From the human T2T-CHM13v2.0 reference genome, Homo sapiens: DNA of 64,000 bases. The notes beneath the pieces were generated by a model. The model did not search any database. It was given only the letters and a program-made list of their open reading frames with translations, and was not told the DNA's origin. Numbering within the stretch: the first letter of the stretch is position 1; the number at the start of each line of letters is the position of its first letter. The DNA lies in assembly GCF_009914755.1 (NCBI RefSeq), contig NC_060927.1. The stretch is one strand, 5' to 3'. Shown here in pieces: positions 1-14,405 of the stretch. The translations under genes were made by a program, and so were the position numbers.

Positions 1-48
1 GGTCAACTTTTGGTTACATTCTGAATGGAAGGAGAATCCCTTCCACAC

Positions 49-1321
49 ATATAGTGTAAGGAAGGGGTCCAGTTTCAGACTTCTGCATATGGCTAGCCCA
101 TTATTCCAGCACCATTTATTAAACAGGGGATTCTTTCCCGATTGTTTTTGTCAGGTTTGTCAAAGATAAGATAGCTGTAGGTGGTTTTATTTCTGGGTTC
201 TCTATTCTGTTCCATTGATCTATGTATCTGTTCTTGTACTAGTACTATGCTGTTTTGGTTACTGCAGTCCTGTAGTGTAGTTTGAAGTCAGGTAGTGTGA
301 TGCCTCCAGATTTGTTCTTTTTGCTTAAGACTGTCTTGGCTATTTGTGTTCTTTTTTTGTTCTATATGATTTTTTAAAAAATTTTCTCTAGCTGTGTGAA
401 GAACATCACTGGTAGTTTAATGGGAATAGCACTGAATCTGTAAATTGCTTTGGGAATTATGGCCATTTTCATGATATCGATTCTTCCTATCCTTGAGCAT
501 GGAAGTTTTTCCATTTGTTTGTGTCAAATCTGATTTCTTTGAGCAGTGGTTTGTAGTACTCCTTGTAGAGATCCTTCACTTCCCTTGTTAGCTGTATTCC
601 TAGGTATTTTATTCTTTTTGTGGCAATTATGAATGGGAGTTCGTTCATGATTTGGCTCTTGGCTTGACTACTGTTGATGTGTAGGAATGTTAGTAGTTTT
701 TGCACATTGATATTGTATCGTGAGACTTTGCTGAAGTTCCTTATCAGCTTAAGAAGGTTTGGGGCTGAGATAATGGGGTTTTCTAGATATAGGATCATGT
801 CATCATCAGATAACAGGGATAGACTGACTTACTCTCTTCCTATTTGAATACTTTTTATTTCTTTCTCTTGCTGGATTGCCCTGGCCAGAACTTCCAATGC
901 TATGTTGAATGGGCGTGGCGAGAGAGGGTATCCTTGTCTTGTGCCGGTTTTCAAGGGCAATGCTTCCAGCTTTTGTCCATTCAGTATGATATTGGCTATG
1001 GGTTTTTCATCATAAATGGCTCTTATTATTTTGAGATACGTTCCTTTAATACTTAGTTTATTGAGAATTTTTTTAACATGAAGTGATGTTGAATTTTATT
1101 GAAAGTCTTTTCTGCATTGATTGACATAATCATGTGGTTTTCATCTTTAGTTTTATTTATGTGATGAATCACATTTATTTATTTGCATATATTGAACCAA
1201 CCTTGCATCTTGGGCCTAAAGCCTACTCCATCGTGGTGGATAAAATTTTTGATGTGCTGCTGGATTCGGCTTACCAGTATTTTGTTGAGGATTTTTGTTC
1301 ATCAAGGATATTGGCCTGAAG
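49..1321 (-). mobile_element. LINE-1 internal ORF2 fragment (RT region), older primate L1PA/L1PB-like, disrupted
   Basis: ORF 487..798(-) [34 protein letters not shown]...[16 protein letters not shown] matches L1 ORF2p just after the FADD motif. Continuous L1 antisense sequence runs from GTGTAAGGAAGGGGTCCAGTTTC to GGATATTGGCCTGAAG, with stops and frameshifts. Confidence 0.95.
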
Positions 1322-1399
1322 TAAGACTGCTCAACTGGGGTCTCCAGCTTTCAGGCTTTCTGTATCACTTTAGGTCATGTGCTTATTCTTAGGTCAGAA

Positions 1400-1610
1400 A
1401 TAGACTCTAAGGATGAGCTCTCCAGAGTGTTGATTGGCTCAAGCCTAGATTCTTGGACCAATCACTGGCAAGAGAGTTTCTGAATCAATCACTGACAATA
1501 CAATGATTGGTTAAGATTAACCAGGACCCACTCCTAGAACAGGGACCCACTGGAGTCAGCAAGGGTTGGGTCATGTTGAAGGTTCTATTTGGAGGAAATG
1601 ATAAGTGGTT
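1400..1610. mobile_element. degraded MaLR (MLT1-like) LTR fragment
   Basis: GATTGGCTCAAGCCTAG...GGACCAATCACTGGC motif typical of old MLT1 LTRs. Confidence 0.45.
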
Positions 1611-2038
1611 AATCCAAAAAGTTCGTTAGAAGCATGTCTCTCTTCAGAGTATCTGACAAACTGAGGGCTGAGAAAATAAAAATTAATGAATTCAGTCAAC
1701 TTTGCTTCTCAGATTGCTGGAGGGTATAGACTAAATGGTGCGTGTTATTTCAGATTTAGGATGTTTTGTTTTCATTTGTTAATATGTATGAGTGAACATA
1801 TATTTGCATATGGGTGTTGAGGGATTGATCCATATTGCTGTGTGTAGGGTAGGCAAGGTTTTATTTTCTCTATGTCTTGCCACTTCAGAAAGCCTTGCTT
1901 GGCTATTAGCTAAAGATTGGTATAACTGTTTTCAACAGGATTCAGGAACATAAAACAAGTCACCTCTATTAGATTATTAGTCTAATGACAGTCTAAATAG
2001 TTCAAGAGCCCAAGAACTGCTTGACTATCCACTAGCAC

Positions 2039-2321
2039 TGTTTTTTTTTAGAAGGAGTTTCACTCTTGTTGCCCAGGCTGGCAGGCAGTGGCACGATCTT
2101 GGCTCACTTCAACCTCCACTGCCCAGGTTCAAGTTTCTCCTGCCTTAGCCTCCTGAGTAGCTGGGATTACAGGTGCCCGCCACCACCCCTGGCTAATTTT
2201 TGTACTTTTAGTAGAGATGAGGTTTTGCCATGTTAGCTAGGGTGGTCTCAAACTCCTGATCTCAGGCGATCTGACCACCTCGGCCTCCCAAAGTGCTGAG
2301 ATTGAGCCATTGCACCCAGCC
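2039..2321 (-). mobile_element. Alu (AluS-like)
   Basis: poly-T followed by GAGTTTCACTCTTGTTGCCCAGGCTGG...CTCGGCCTCCCAAAGTGCTG; short flanking repeat CTAGCAC at 2032-2038 and 2321-2327. Confidence 0.97.
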
Positions 2322-2679
2322 TAGCACCCTTAACTAATGCTTCTGCTTAAGGATAAGATGGAGAAGGGTATTATCTAGATGGAGAGAAGGAGGGATGTAT
2401 TTTGCAATTTTACCTGGTGTCTGCACCGTCTATACTATTGAAAGCCATCTTGATCAACTGTCCTGAGTGTCATATTTACCTGACCAAGACCTTAACATTT
2501 TCATAGCTCATGAAAGACAAGGCTCAACAACTTAAGTAGACTGTTGACTGCATAGGAAATTTCTGGAGAAGAAGAAAACACAAAAAAAAGACTAGGAACT
2601 TTGCATTAAATTGTTTCAAGCCACTACTTTCACAGAGGTAAAGATAGTGAACTCTAGGATCCAACTGATGGTGTCATAA

Positions 2680-2835
2680 TTCTGCTTACTCTCCTTACTG
2701 ATTGTTTGAATTTGAATGATTATTTTATTTTCCTATGCCTCAGTTTTCTTCTTGTTAAAAAAGCTATGGTGATACCTACCTTGTGGGTGAGGGGGCTTTG
2801 AATGAGAATACACGTAAGGCATTTAGCACTTGTTA
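2680..2835 (+). mobile_element. MIR SINE fragment
   Basis: core TGCCTCAGTTTTCTTCTTGTTAAAA and 3' AAGGCATTTAGCAC. Confidence 0.7.
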
Positions 2836-3079
2836 CATAGGAAAGCTATTGTCACAAAAGTCCATATGGGTCACATGGACTTTTTTACTATCATACTAAG
2901 GTTCTTTACAACGACTTCTTCAACAGCTTCTTTTCCAGCAGTTTCTTCAATTTGAAGACCATTCAGGTGACATAGAAAAAGATAGAATTTGTTGGGGATC
3001 CCATTTTTCCTAGATACCAGCCCTCAGTGACATTGACTGGAAACTTTCCTTGTCCCAGATTCCATGTATAAAGAAGTTA

Positions 3080-3131
3080 AACACACATATATGTGAGCGT
3101 GTGGACGCAAGCGTGCACACACACACACACA
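3080..3131. repeat. short imperfect (CA)n / purine-pyrimidine tract
   Basis: ACACACATATATGTGAGCGTGTG...GTGCACACACACACACAC. Confidence 0.8.
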
Positions 3132-4147
3132 TACCCTCCTTTAGAAGGGATCAATTCTCAGGTGATTATGGTTTAACTGCAGCATGCCACCAGCTGGGCA
3201 GCATGCATCTAAATGACATTTTAGCCAAGGTTTCTGAGAAGATGAAATAGCAATGACTTTCTCTACAGGCATTAGATGGCGGTGACTGGAGGGAGATTTG
3301 TTAATGAGCCAGTTGATTTCAGTTCAATATAAGGAAACACTCTCTAAAAATTACACCTGTCTGAAAATTTAATTAGATGCTCATAGTCGTGTTGAGTTCT
3401 ATTTCATTGGAGGTTTACAAGTAGAAGATGCACAATCATTTATCAAGGATATGATTGAGAGACTCACACATGGAATGCATGGTTGGACTAAGTAACTGCT
3501 TGTCTTACATCTACTTCTGAGATGCTCTGACTATGTCTTTAACTCCTATTCTTGTCAACATAAACAGGACCTTCATTTGGTATTTGATCTATTAATAAAC
3601 CGTAATAATCATTGTAACTCTTCACTTGGTGAATTTTCAATGCTGGTCAGAATGTGTCATTCCTTGGAAAGGCCAGTCATTAGAACTACTCATTCAAGGA
3701 CAAAGCTTAATTGCTCTCAAACTACAGTTATTGAAGAAGTCGTTGAAAAGAACCTTAGTATCACAGTAAAAAAATAATAATAAAAATGAAAATTGATGAG
3801 GTTAAGTGAAAAGTAAACACAGTCCTTTGGAAATAATTTTAAAAATCCATGCATTTACTTTTACTCAATGCAAAAACAAGGCAATTGCAAGATTTCTGAC
3901 TTTCTAATTATACTGTTGCCACATATTTTAACTTTAATGTTTTGAAGAGTCTTGGATGAAATTGTTTTAATTGAGGCCAATTCACTTTTTGGTTATTATT
4001 TATAATTAGGTAGAATTTTCCCTTAATGTAATTTTGCTAGAGCCTTCAAAACACCCAAAAGAAAAGCTAGCAGTATATGCAATTAACAGTTATTTATACA
4101 GCTCTATTTTCTCATCTAATGAGCTTAGCAATAAAAAATAAACGGGA

Positions 4148-4479
<332 letters not shown>

Positions 4480-6431
4480 TTAACTTCTAACTAACCTGGT
4501 GAGATAGACATTTAATATAATTTAGAGATAATACCTTTCTGAGGTTCAGAAATATCATGTGTCTTGTCCATGGGCATTAAACAGGTATATGTGGGAGCCA
4601 GAATTTTGTCTTAGAGTTTCTTGAATACAATAGAATCCATTTCTGTTACTGTGAGGTGGAGGCCTTCCCCCCTCAACCTCAAATACCTTCACAACTAGGC
4701 AGGAATGTCAATGCATGACTTTGTGAGTTAGGTGGCAGATAATATAAGTCATGTAGAGGTTGAACTAGAGGGTGAGTATTTTGCCTAAAAGTACTCAAAT
4801 TAAATAAACAAAAACTATTTGGCAGCTAAATAAACTCATCTCCTAGCCCTATCAGACATGCATGCCAAGAGTTTGCAATCTCTAAAATGTTGAGGATACA
4901 GCCATGCATGAGCGTGAAAGCAAGTCAAGTTATGCTTTGCCTTGAAAAAGTCAAGGAAACTGTGGATGTCAATAAATTTGGATCTTATTCCATTGTTTTC
5001 CTCAAAACTTAAGACTTAATTCTCTGATTGTCAAAGTTAAACTAGTTCTTAAATCATTTATATATGCCTCATTCTCAGTACACTTAAAAAAAATCATTGT
5101 GTAGTTCCACAAACAAGATGGCAGTGGCACGGTAGGGAAGTTAAATCATATTTTTGACCCAAAACGCCATGATCTCTTCTATATATGTTACTGATTAGCT
5201 CTCTTCTTTTGGTTATTTTGTTCCCAAAGTGCTACTAAAGAATTTACAACTATAGAATCTTTTAAATGCAGTTTAGAGCAGAAACTATTAAGGCGGCAAA
5301 AATAGAATTAGGAAAAAAAAAACCCACATCAAGTAATGGAGCAGTTAAGATGTTCTAATTAAAGTTATAATTGTAAATTGAGTGCATAAAGATAACTTAA
5401 AATTTTTCTCATCTGGGCATTTTTTCATCTGTATCTTATTTCTTTATACCTGATACTTAAATTTCCATGTCTTGATGAATCTATGCCAAACCCTAAATAA
5501 ATTAACAGGAGTTTTAAAATGAAGCTTTTTAGAAATGCCATAATCAAGATAATAATAAAGGCATAACTTTTATATAGGTTTTTCTGTGCTGGCTGTTACT
5601 TCAAAGTGCTATTCAAAATTCTTCTAAAACATAACTTCTCCTTTGATAAAGTAAATTTCAACACAACTCAGTAATTTTTTGGGTTATCCACAGTTTTCTG
5701 TCAGGGCCCTTTATTCTTTCTTTCAAACTCTTTTGTCCCCTCCTCACTTTGTTTTCTTCACTCTTAGTAGATAATTTTGCTGCACTGGGACTTAAGAAAA
5801 TAGAAACCTTTAGGCAGCCACTTTATTACCTTTCTTTCCTTCTATAGTTAAAAACACATAAACTGTCCCCATCGTTTCTCCCTGTTTTAGAGGGAGAGGT
5901 GGCCTCTTTGCCTTCCAGCTGACTTGTTCTTGGCATTCTGTCTCCTCCTGCTTCTCCTTGCTGACTTCACACCTCACTTTTCCCGTCTCTCAAATTTTTG
6001 AATGCTCCATGTTTTCCACTGTTTTTGCTGGAGCCTAAAAAGATGGCCTTGTATTCTTCACACAAAAAAGGAGTCATTGTCACATCTCCCTACCCACTTT
6101 GACACCAGTCTTGTCACTCAGTCCCTTCACTCCAGTTCATATTTACCTTTCCTTTTTTTTTTTTTGCATACCGCCAACCTACAAACATGCATTTGAGAGG
6201 TCATTTTAAAGGAAAGCAAAAACCAAACAAATAAGAATAACCAATGGCCTTTGCACCCTTCCAAGCCTTTCCCTATATACATGTGTATTGTTTACAACTT
6301 GTACTCATAGAATAAAATGATTCTGTATCCTGCTTTTTTTCACTGACTGTAATGCCTGGTACATTGTGAGTACTCAGTGAATATTAAATAGATGAATGCA
6401 TATGTTAAAAAATTTATTTATTTTTTTACAT

Positions 6432-6994
6432 TGTATCAGCTATCTATAGCCACAAAGGACTGTGCAGCAAAAAACCACAAAACCTCTGTGACATGCAACA
6501 GTAAACCTTACAAGTCCATAGAGTTAGCTACTCTCAAGTGGGCTCAACTGGTCTCCTCTGGGCTTTCTCTGGTGTTAGCCTTGGGCCATCTAGGCAGGTC
6601 TGTTGATCTTGCCTGGGCTGCTTCATGCATCTGGGGATTGCCTGGTAGTCGAGTGTTTAGAATGGCCTCAGCTCAGACAACTGGGAAGACTTGACTCCAC
6701 TCCACTCCCCATGTCTCAGCTCCAGCAGGCTAGCCTTGAATTATTCTCGTGGAGTGGCCAAAATGTCAATGTGAGGAAAAGTACTATTGGAAAATACTTT
6801 TCAGGACTTCTTGTGTGATGCTAACTGACATCTCATTGTCCAAGATGAGGCGGATGTCTGAACGCAGAATCAAGGGGCAGGGAAATAGATTTGCCTCTTT
6901 GTTGAGAGTAACTGCAAAGTCTTATGGCAAAGAAAGTGAATACAGTAAAGGATTAAAAAAATGGGGGTCATGAATACAATCAAGTTACTATACA
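6432..6994 (-). mobile_element. MaLR solo LTR (MLT1 family)
   Basis: TGTATCAGCTATCTATAGCCACA...AAAACCTCTGTGAC start, internal CTCCAGCAGGCTAGCC, ends ...CTATACA. Confidence 0.75.
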
Positions 6995-7047
6995 TATGAT
7001 CTTCAGATTGATCATTTAAATCTGATTTGTGTCCATTATTATTTCCT

Positions 7048-7343
7048 TTTTTAAATATATTTTTTAGACAGTCTTACTCTGTCACCCAGCCTGGAGTACA
7101 ATGGTGTGATCTCTGCTCACTGCAACTTCTGCCTCCTGGGTTCAAGCGATTCTCCCTGCCTCAGCCTCCCGAGTAGCTGGGATTACAGGCTCCCGCCACC
7201 ACGCCTGGCTAATTTTTGTATTTTTATTAGAGATGAGGTTTCACATGTTAGCCAGGCTAGTCTCAAACTCCTGACCTCAGGTGATCTGCCCACCTCGGCT
7301 TCCCAAAGTGCTTGGATTACAGGCGTGAGCCACTGTGCCCGGC
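7048..7343 (-). mobile_element. Alu (AluSx-like)
   Basis: full dimer ending ACAGGCGTGAGCCACTGTGCCCGGCC. Confidence 0.97.
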
Positions 7344-7639
7344 CATTTTTTTTTTTTGAGACAGAGTCCTGCTCTGTCACCGAGGATGGAGTGCGGTGGC
7401 GCAACCTCAGCTCACTGCAACCTCTGCCTCCTGCCTTCTGGGTTCGAGTGTTTCTCATGCCTCAGCCTCTTGAGTAGCTGGGATTATAGGCACATGCCAC
7501 CACCTGTGGCTAATTTTTAATAGAGACGGGGTTTTGCCATGTTGGCCAGGCTGGTCTTAAACTCCTGGCCTCAAACTATCCACCCACCTTGGCTTCCCAA
7601 AGTGCTGGGATTACAGACGTGAGCCTACACACTCCGCTA
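7344..7639 (-). mobile_element. Alu (older AluS/J), directly adjacent to the previous copy
   Basis: poly-T GAGACAGAGTCCTGCTCTGTCACC...CCCAAAGTGCTGGGATTACAGACGTGAGCC. Confidence 0.96.
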
Positions 7640-10600
7640 GATTTGTGTCTATTATTATTTCCTAAACATTTCCCAATTAGTAGGGTTGCTTTACTTTTTT
7701 CATTTTGATAAAACATTTCTACTATAAATAGTCCTAAGTACATCACTTTTTTTCTCTTATTCTTTCTTGTTTCAGTAAGTGGCTGAAACCTGCCAGAGAT
7801 TGTTTTTCACACATAGCAAGTTTGGAGGTTATGTGGTGGCCATTGGCATTCATTTAGTGATTTGCTGATTTCAAGGCCAATATCTCTACAATATTTTTGG
7901 GCTTTCTCTTATGTTCAGGAGATGAATGCTATAGCTACAACTACCATTTTTTTCCATTCAAAGCAGGGAAAAGGAAGCATGAAAAGTAAATCTAGCAGAC
8001 TTACCCTTTCATTTCTTGACTGGAACTATGACATATGACCACACCTCACCAGAAGATAGCACTGGAGGAAGGATTGGGCTGGGGGATGAGCCAGTGACCT
8101 CACATGTCTGCCACATGTAAGATGTAGTCCCAAGAGTGAGCTGATCAGGTCCAGGTACATGTTGTTTTTCAAAAGGATTTTTTCCAGTTCATAATGCCAT
8201 TAGCAATAGCCCTTTATCACACTTTACCATACCTTCAACAACATTCTTTGAATACTAATGAGGCTGAACATTAACCATATGCTCCTTAATAATTTTTCCT
8301 GAAATATTTCCATTTATATTCTTCTTTTTCTTTTTAAGTTATGTTCTTCTACACTTAGAAAAAAAAAGCTCTTTAAAAAGATATTAACTCTCTTTGTCAC
8401 ATCTATTGCCTGTTTCAATTTTTCCTTTTAGTTTTGGAAGTTCTCATTTTAGAGATATTTAAAATTTTGTATACAATCATTCCACAGAGAGTTGGTTTCT
8501 AGAGGACTGCTGCTAGTCCATAAGACATCTTAGTATGAAACAGAAAAAGCCATCTCTTCCACGAGACATTTTATTTCCATATGTTAGAAAATTGTCAAAT
8601 CATTATGATTTTGTTAGAGCAAGCCACTTGACTACCATCTTTTAGAAATATTTCTTAATAAATATACAACTCTACAATTCCTGTATATGGATGGTACCTC
8701 TGTAGATGTGTCCTCTGAGGTTATGTGTGTAAACTTCCTTCGCAGAGCATACACACCTAGTTTCTAAAAAGTCAGAGAAGATTCATGCGAATGACTAAGT
8801 TGCACAAAAAGATTATTAAGAATTGGACTCTGTGGGAGACTAAAAATAAGACATAATTGGCTTTGGAATCAATTAAAGTCATTAAAAAGGTGTCTGTTCA
8901 AAGATTTCCTACTTTGAATTAACTAAAGATAAATTTAAGAGTATATTGCAGTTACTGACAGTAATAATAGCATATGAGGTTATCAAACTGAGTTTAAAAG
9001 GGAAAAAGTAATGTATGCCATTGATTTCTATGTTTTAATATAAAAGCTTTCTTCAGGTTAAGGTAAACTTTAACATTGCATTTATAAACTGTATATTTCA
9101 GTATGCACTCTGAAGGTGTAAAAAACTGTATACTAAGCTTTTATTGTGATTGTTCATTAATAAGTTACATAATTTTGGGAAATCGCTTAATTTCTATGAG
9201 CCTCTGTTTCTTCCTCTGTAAAACAGAGATAATAATGTTGGGATTGTGTAGCTTATAAGGGTGTTATAACAATTATTTTTAAGGCATTTAATGAAGTCAA
9301 AAGGGCCTAAGTCATTTAAATAGGCTCCAAATGGAAAGTATAATTCTTACAATACATTTAACTTTATAAGGTGTTACATTTGCTTACTTGATTTTAAATG
9401 ATTGAAGAAGAAAGAAGAAATATTTTGGCTGAAGTTAAAAAGCAAGAATGTAAAGTGAATTATAGATCCTCTGTAGCTGATACATTGAAAGATCAGTCTG
9501 GCATGATGACATGATTTGGTGAAGCAAGCTTGATATAAAAGAGAAAAGCTTCTTCTCTAATAGTAACTGTAAACCGAGTCTTTTCAAAAATTATTTAATT
9601 TGGCACTAAAGTAAAGGACACAATATCTACAGCCTATTTTTCCTCTTGTTTAGACCTCGAGTTTTTCTCTGTCTGTCTTTAGCTATCTCAGACATCGCTC
9701 ATTGATTGATAGATATGAATATTTAAAAAAAGATATGATTGAGGCAGTTTGAATCTTCAGTGTAAATAGTTTTATCTGGGTCTATATAGAAAATATCCTT
9801 TAAAAACACTTAGTAGCTAAATCAAAAAATATGTATATATATAGAAATTTATTTACCTAAACTTGTTGGCTAGTGAAGGATTTTAATTCCACTGTAATTT
9901 TCTCAGGGGCAACCTCTATGTTTGTCAGTTACTTAAAAGGACAAAAAATACATTTTAGAAACATTTTAAAATTTGATTTTAGCAGAAATCATTTTAATAA
10001 CTCTCTATTCTGTGATGAGCTGGAATTACAGTACAGCTTGAGGTATTTTTCTTTTCCATGCTTTCTCAGCCGTAAAAATGGGTCCAGGTTCTCCCAGCGT
10101 TCCGTGCTTCACAGAGGGAGGAGACTAACATAATCAGGAATGGTGAAAAGTTGGTGGATGCCGTCACTGGAAGAAAAAAGATTAGGCTACAACTGGAGAT
10201 CCATAAGTAGCTTACAGAATCTTGCTTTTAAAGGCTATTATCATTATAAATGTATCAGTTACTTTCAGTTGATATACACTTAGAAGTTTTACTATAATTT
10301 TTGTTGGAGCAATAATAGTCACCACTGTAGAGATAAACTCTAAGCTGACAAATGATCTGCTTAAAACAAGAGGATCTGATTTATATCTAGTTCCAAACCA
10401 CAGTGTGATAATATTTTAGCTTTAGGAGTAGTATCGTTACAGTTTTATTGGTATGGTGTATTGTTTATAATCTTAGCTACCATTTCCCCTTTCTCTCTAT
10501 GCCTAACTATTCATCAACTTTTATATGTATAGTTAAAGAGAGTAGAATTCAACTTTCATGAAATTAAACTTAAATCCCTTAAATTTGTTACCTATACCCT

Positions 10601-11339
10601 TGCCCATGGCAAGACTTCAATATAGTCAACTCAATATTAGGTAAACAGGACACTACATTAGAAAATTGAATTTTGTTATGAATGAGCCAGGGATACTAAA
10701 AAATCCCCTGGTTTTTATTTTAGATGGGTTGGGATTTAAAAGAAAATTACTAAGTTTTACTGCGTCTTTGGAGTACTATTCTGACATTTCTAGTGATCTC
10801 CATAAACTTTCATTGCCCTGTAACAGTTTATTAAGCTACAGTCTTCATAAATATGCAAACTAGCTTAATAAGATTGTCTGCCATGATTGCTCATCAATTT
10901 GGTATTGAAAGGGCACCAACATAGTCGATAAAAATGTCTGGTGGTGGAATGGTCTGTGACATGCCTAATCTCATTGCATAGTTCCTTTAAGGGGGCTATA
11001 AACCGTTAATATAATAGAATCTCATTATTTGTATGAGTGGAATGACTATTATGTTCATTAGGCTTGATAACTTTTGTGTAGCTACATTTCGGAAACCTAT
11101 AAACAGTCGTTATGAATGTAAATTTTCCTCCTGATAATTTTATTTCACTACACATGTATTTATTGTTTGGAAAATGAATTGTTGGCAAATTAAATGGACA
11201 AAAAATTGGTTTTAAGATGGATCAAGAAAAATACATGTTTATTGAGGAGACTGTAGAATGAAGAATTTATTCTGAGTAGTCTACTTTCCCATAGGGAGCA
11301 AGTTTATATTAACAATTTAGAAACAAAGGTGTTTCATTA

Positions 11340-12460
11340 GTTTTTAAAAACTTTAATTTGAAATAATTATGGATTCAAAGAAATGTACAAAGAAGTCCTG
11401 TCAACATTCCACAAAACCACAGGGCAATATCAACATTAAGAACAGAACATTGGCACAATCCAGAGTTTATTCAGAATTCACCAGTTATACATGCATCATT
11501 GCTGGGTATGTGTGTGTAGCTCTATGCAATTTTGTCACACGTGTAGCTTTGTGTAACCATCACCACAATCAAGATACTCAACTGAGCCATCACTACACGA
11601 CTCCCTTGTGTCCCCTCTTTATGGCCATACCCATCTCCCTTCCTATTCCTAACTACTGGCAACCACTAATCCATTATCTATTTCTATAATTATGTTATTT
11701 CATGATTGTTATAGAGATGGAATCTTGCAATAAGAGTCATTTCAGATTTGCTTTCTTCATGCAGAATAATTTTTTTATTTTACTTTAAGTTCTGGGATTC
11801 ATGTGCAGGACATGCAGGTTTGTTGCATAGTTATACATGTGCCATGGTGGTTTGCTGCATTTACCAACACCTCATCTAGGTTTTAAGACCCACATGCGTT
11901 AGGTATTTGTCCTAATGCTATCCCTTCCCTTGCCCCCTACCCTCCAACAGGCCTCAGTGTGTGATGTTCCCCTCCCTGTGTCCACGTGTAATGCAGAATA
12001 ATTTGTTAAGGTTAGTTCAAGTTGTCTTATGTATTAACAGTTCTTTGCCCTTTATGGCTGAATAGTATTCCATGGTATAAGTGTACCTTTGTTGACTCAT
12101 TCACCCTTTGAAGGACATTTGTGTGCTTTCCAGTTTGGGGCTAATATGAATGAATCTGCTATGAACATTTGTGTATAAGCATCTCTGTGAAAATAAGTAT
12201 TTCTCTGGGATAAATGCTCAAGAGTGTAATTGCTGGGTCATCTAATTAATCCATTTGTAGTTTTGAAAGCAACTGTGAAACCATGCAGAGTGGTTGTAAA
12301 ATCTTACTTCCTACCAGCAATGCATAAGTGATCCAGTTTCAATGCATTTTTGCCAGCATTTGGTGTTATTACCATTTTTAATTTCAGTTATTCTAATAGA
12401 TGTGCAATAGTATCTTACTGTGGTTTTAATTTGTATTTCTCTACTGGTTAATATTGTAGA
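11340..12460 (-). mobile_element. old L1M (L1MC/L1MB-like) 3' region
   Basis: CTACTGGCAACCACTAATC, GGCTGAATAGTATTCCATGG, TTTGCCAGCATTTGGTGTT and GTGGTTTTAATTTGTATTTCTCT are L1M 3' antisense hallmarks. Confidence 0.85.
11773..11990 (-). mobile_element. 5'-truncated L1PA (L1PA7/8-like) 3' end nested in L1M
   Basis: TTTTACTTTAAGTTCTGGGATTCATGTGCAG...CCCTGTGTCCACGTGT; perfect 14-bp TSD ATGCAGAATAATTT at 11759-11772 and 11991-12004. Confidence 0.93.
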
Positions 12461-12485
12461 ATGCATTAGGATTTTTTTTTTTTAG

Positions 12486-12827
<342 letters not shown>

Positions 12828-12838
12828 AAAAATTTTAA

Positions 12839-13411
<573 letters not shown>

Positions 13412-13444
13412 GATACTTCTCATCAAATATGTGTGTTATTTCTT

Positions 13445-14135
13445 TTAAAATTATTTAATTTAATTTATTTCAAAAACTGGTGATAAAATACACATAACAA
13501 AATTTATGATTTTAATCTTTTTTAAGTGTACAGTTCAGTAGCATTAAGTACATTCACATTATTGTGCAACCATAGCCATCATCCATCTTTAGACTTTTAC
13601 ATCTTGTGAAACTGAAACTCTGTATCCACTAAATAATAATTTCTCATTTCCCCCTCCCAACAGACTCTGGCAACCACCATTCTACTCTGTCTCCATGAAT
13701 ATCACTTCTCTAGGTACTTATCATTTTATGACTAGCTTATTTCACTTAGGATAATGTCTAGGTTGGCCCACACTATAGCGTGTCTCAGAATTTCCTTCTG
13801 TTTTAAGGCTAAATGATATTCCATTATGTGTATATACCACATTTTGCCTATCCATTCATCTGCTGATGGACACTGGGTTGCTTTTACCTTGTGACTATTG
13901 TGAATGATGTTGTTGTGAACATGTGTGTATGAATATCTGTTTGAGTCCGTGCTTTTAATTCTCCATGTATATACCCAGAAGTGGCATCACTAGATTATAC
14001 AGTAGTTCTATATGTAATTTCTGAGGAACCATCATACTGTTTTCTACAATGGCTGTGCCATTTTACATTCCCACCACTGGTTCACAAGGGTTCCAATTTC
14101 TCCACATCCTTACCTACTCTTGTTATTTTTTCTTA
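13445..14135 (-). mobile_element. L1MA/L1MB 3' end
   Basis: AAGTGTACAGTTCAGTAGCATTAAGTACATTCACATTATTGTGCAACC...CCAATTTCTCCACATCCT. Confidence 0.92.
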
Positions 14136-14239
14136 AGAAATTTTACTTGAATTTGGTCATATAATAGAAGCATCTGGATTCATTAGCTAATTTGTTTGAT
14201 AAATAGCACTTCTTGAAAAGTACATATAAAGATTGAATT

Positions 14240-14405
14240 TCAGTTTTGGCTCTGCAGTATAGAGCTGGGCTACTCTGGCCAAGTCACTTCATGGTTTTCT
14301 TAGTTATAAAACAGGAACAGTAATGTCTACATTGGGAAGGTTAAATGAGTTTTAAGTTGTAAGTTAGCATATAGATGCAAGGCACACTATTATTATTATT
14401 GTTAT
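14240..14405 (+). mobile_element. MIR fragment
   Basis: GGCCAAGTCACTT...TATAAAACAGGAACAGTAATG, with ATT-repeat tail. Confidence 0.55.

Noticed and set aside
487-798. ORF with reverse-transcriptase-region similarity
   Set aside because: Fragment of a dead L1 ORF2, not a host gene or novel RT system.
2856-2884. Hairpin AAAAGTCCAT...ATGGACTTTT followed by T-run, resembling an intrinsic terminator or miRNA
   Set aside because: The stem is too short for a pre-miRNA, rho-independent terminators are irrelevant in primate nuclear DNA, and it is plausible by chance.
7106-7520. Overlapping ORFs up to 123 aa (likewise at 4246, 12590, 23343, 48653, 62787)
   Set aside because: Typical Alu translations (e.g. 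[14 protein letters not shown]).
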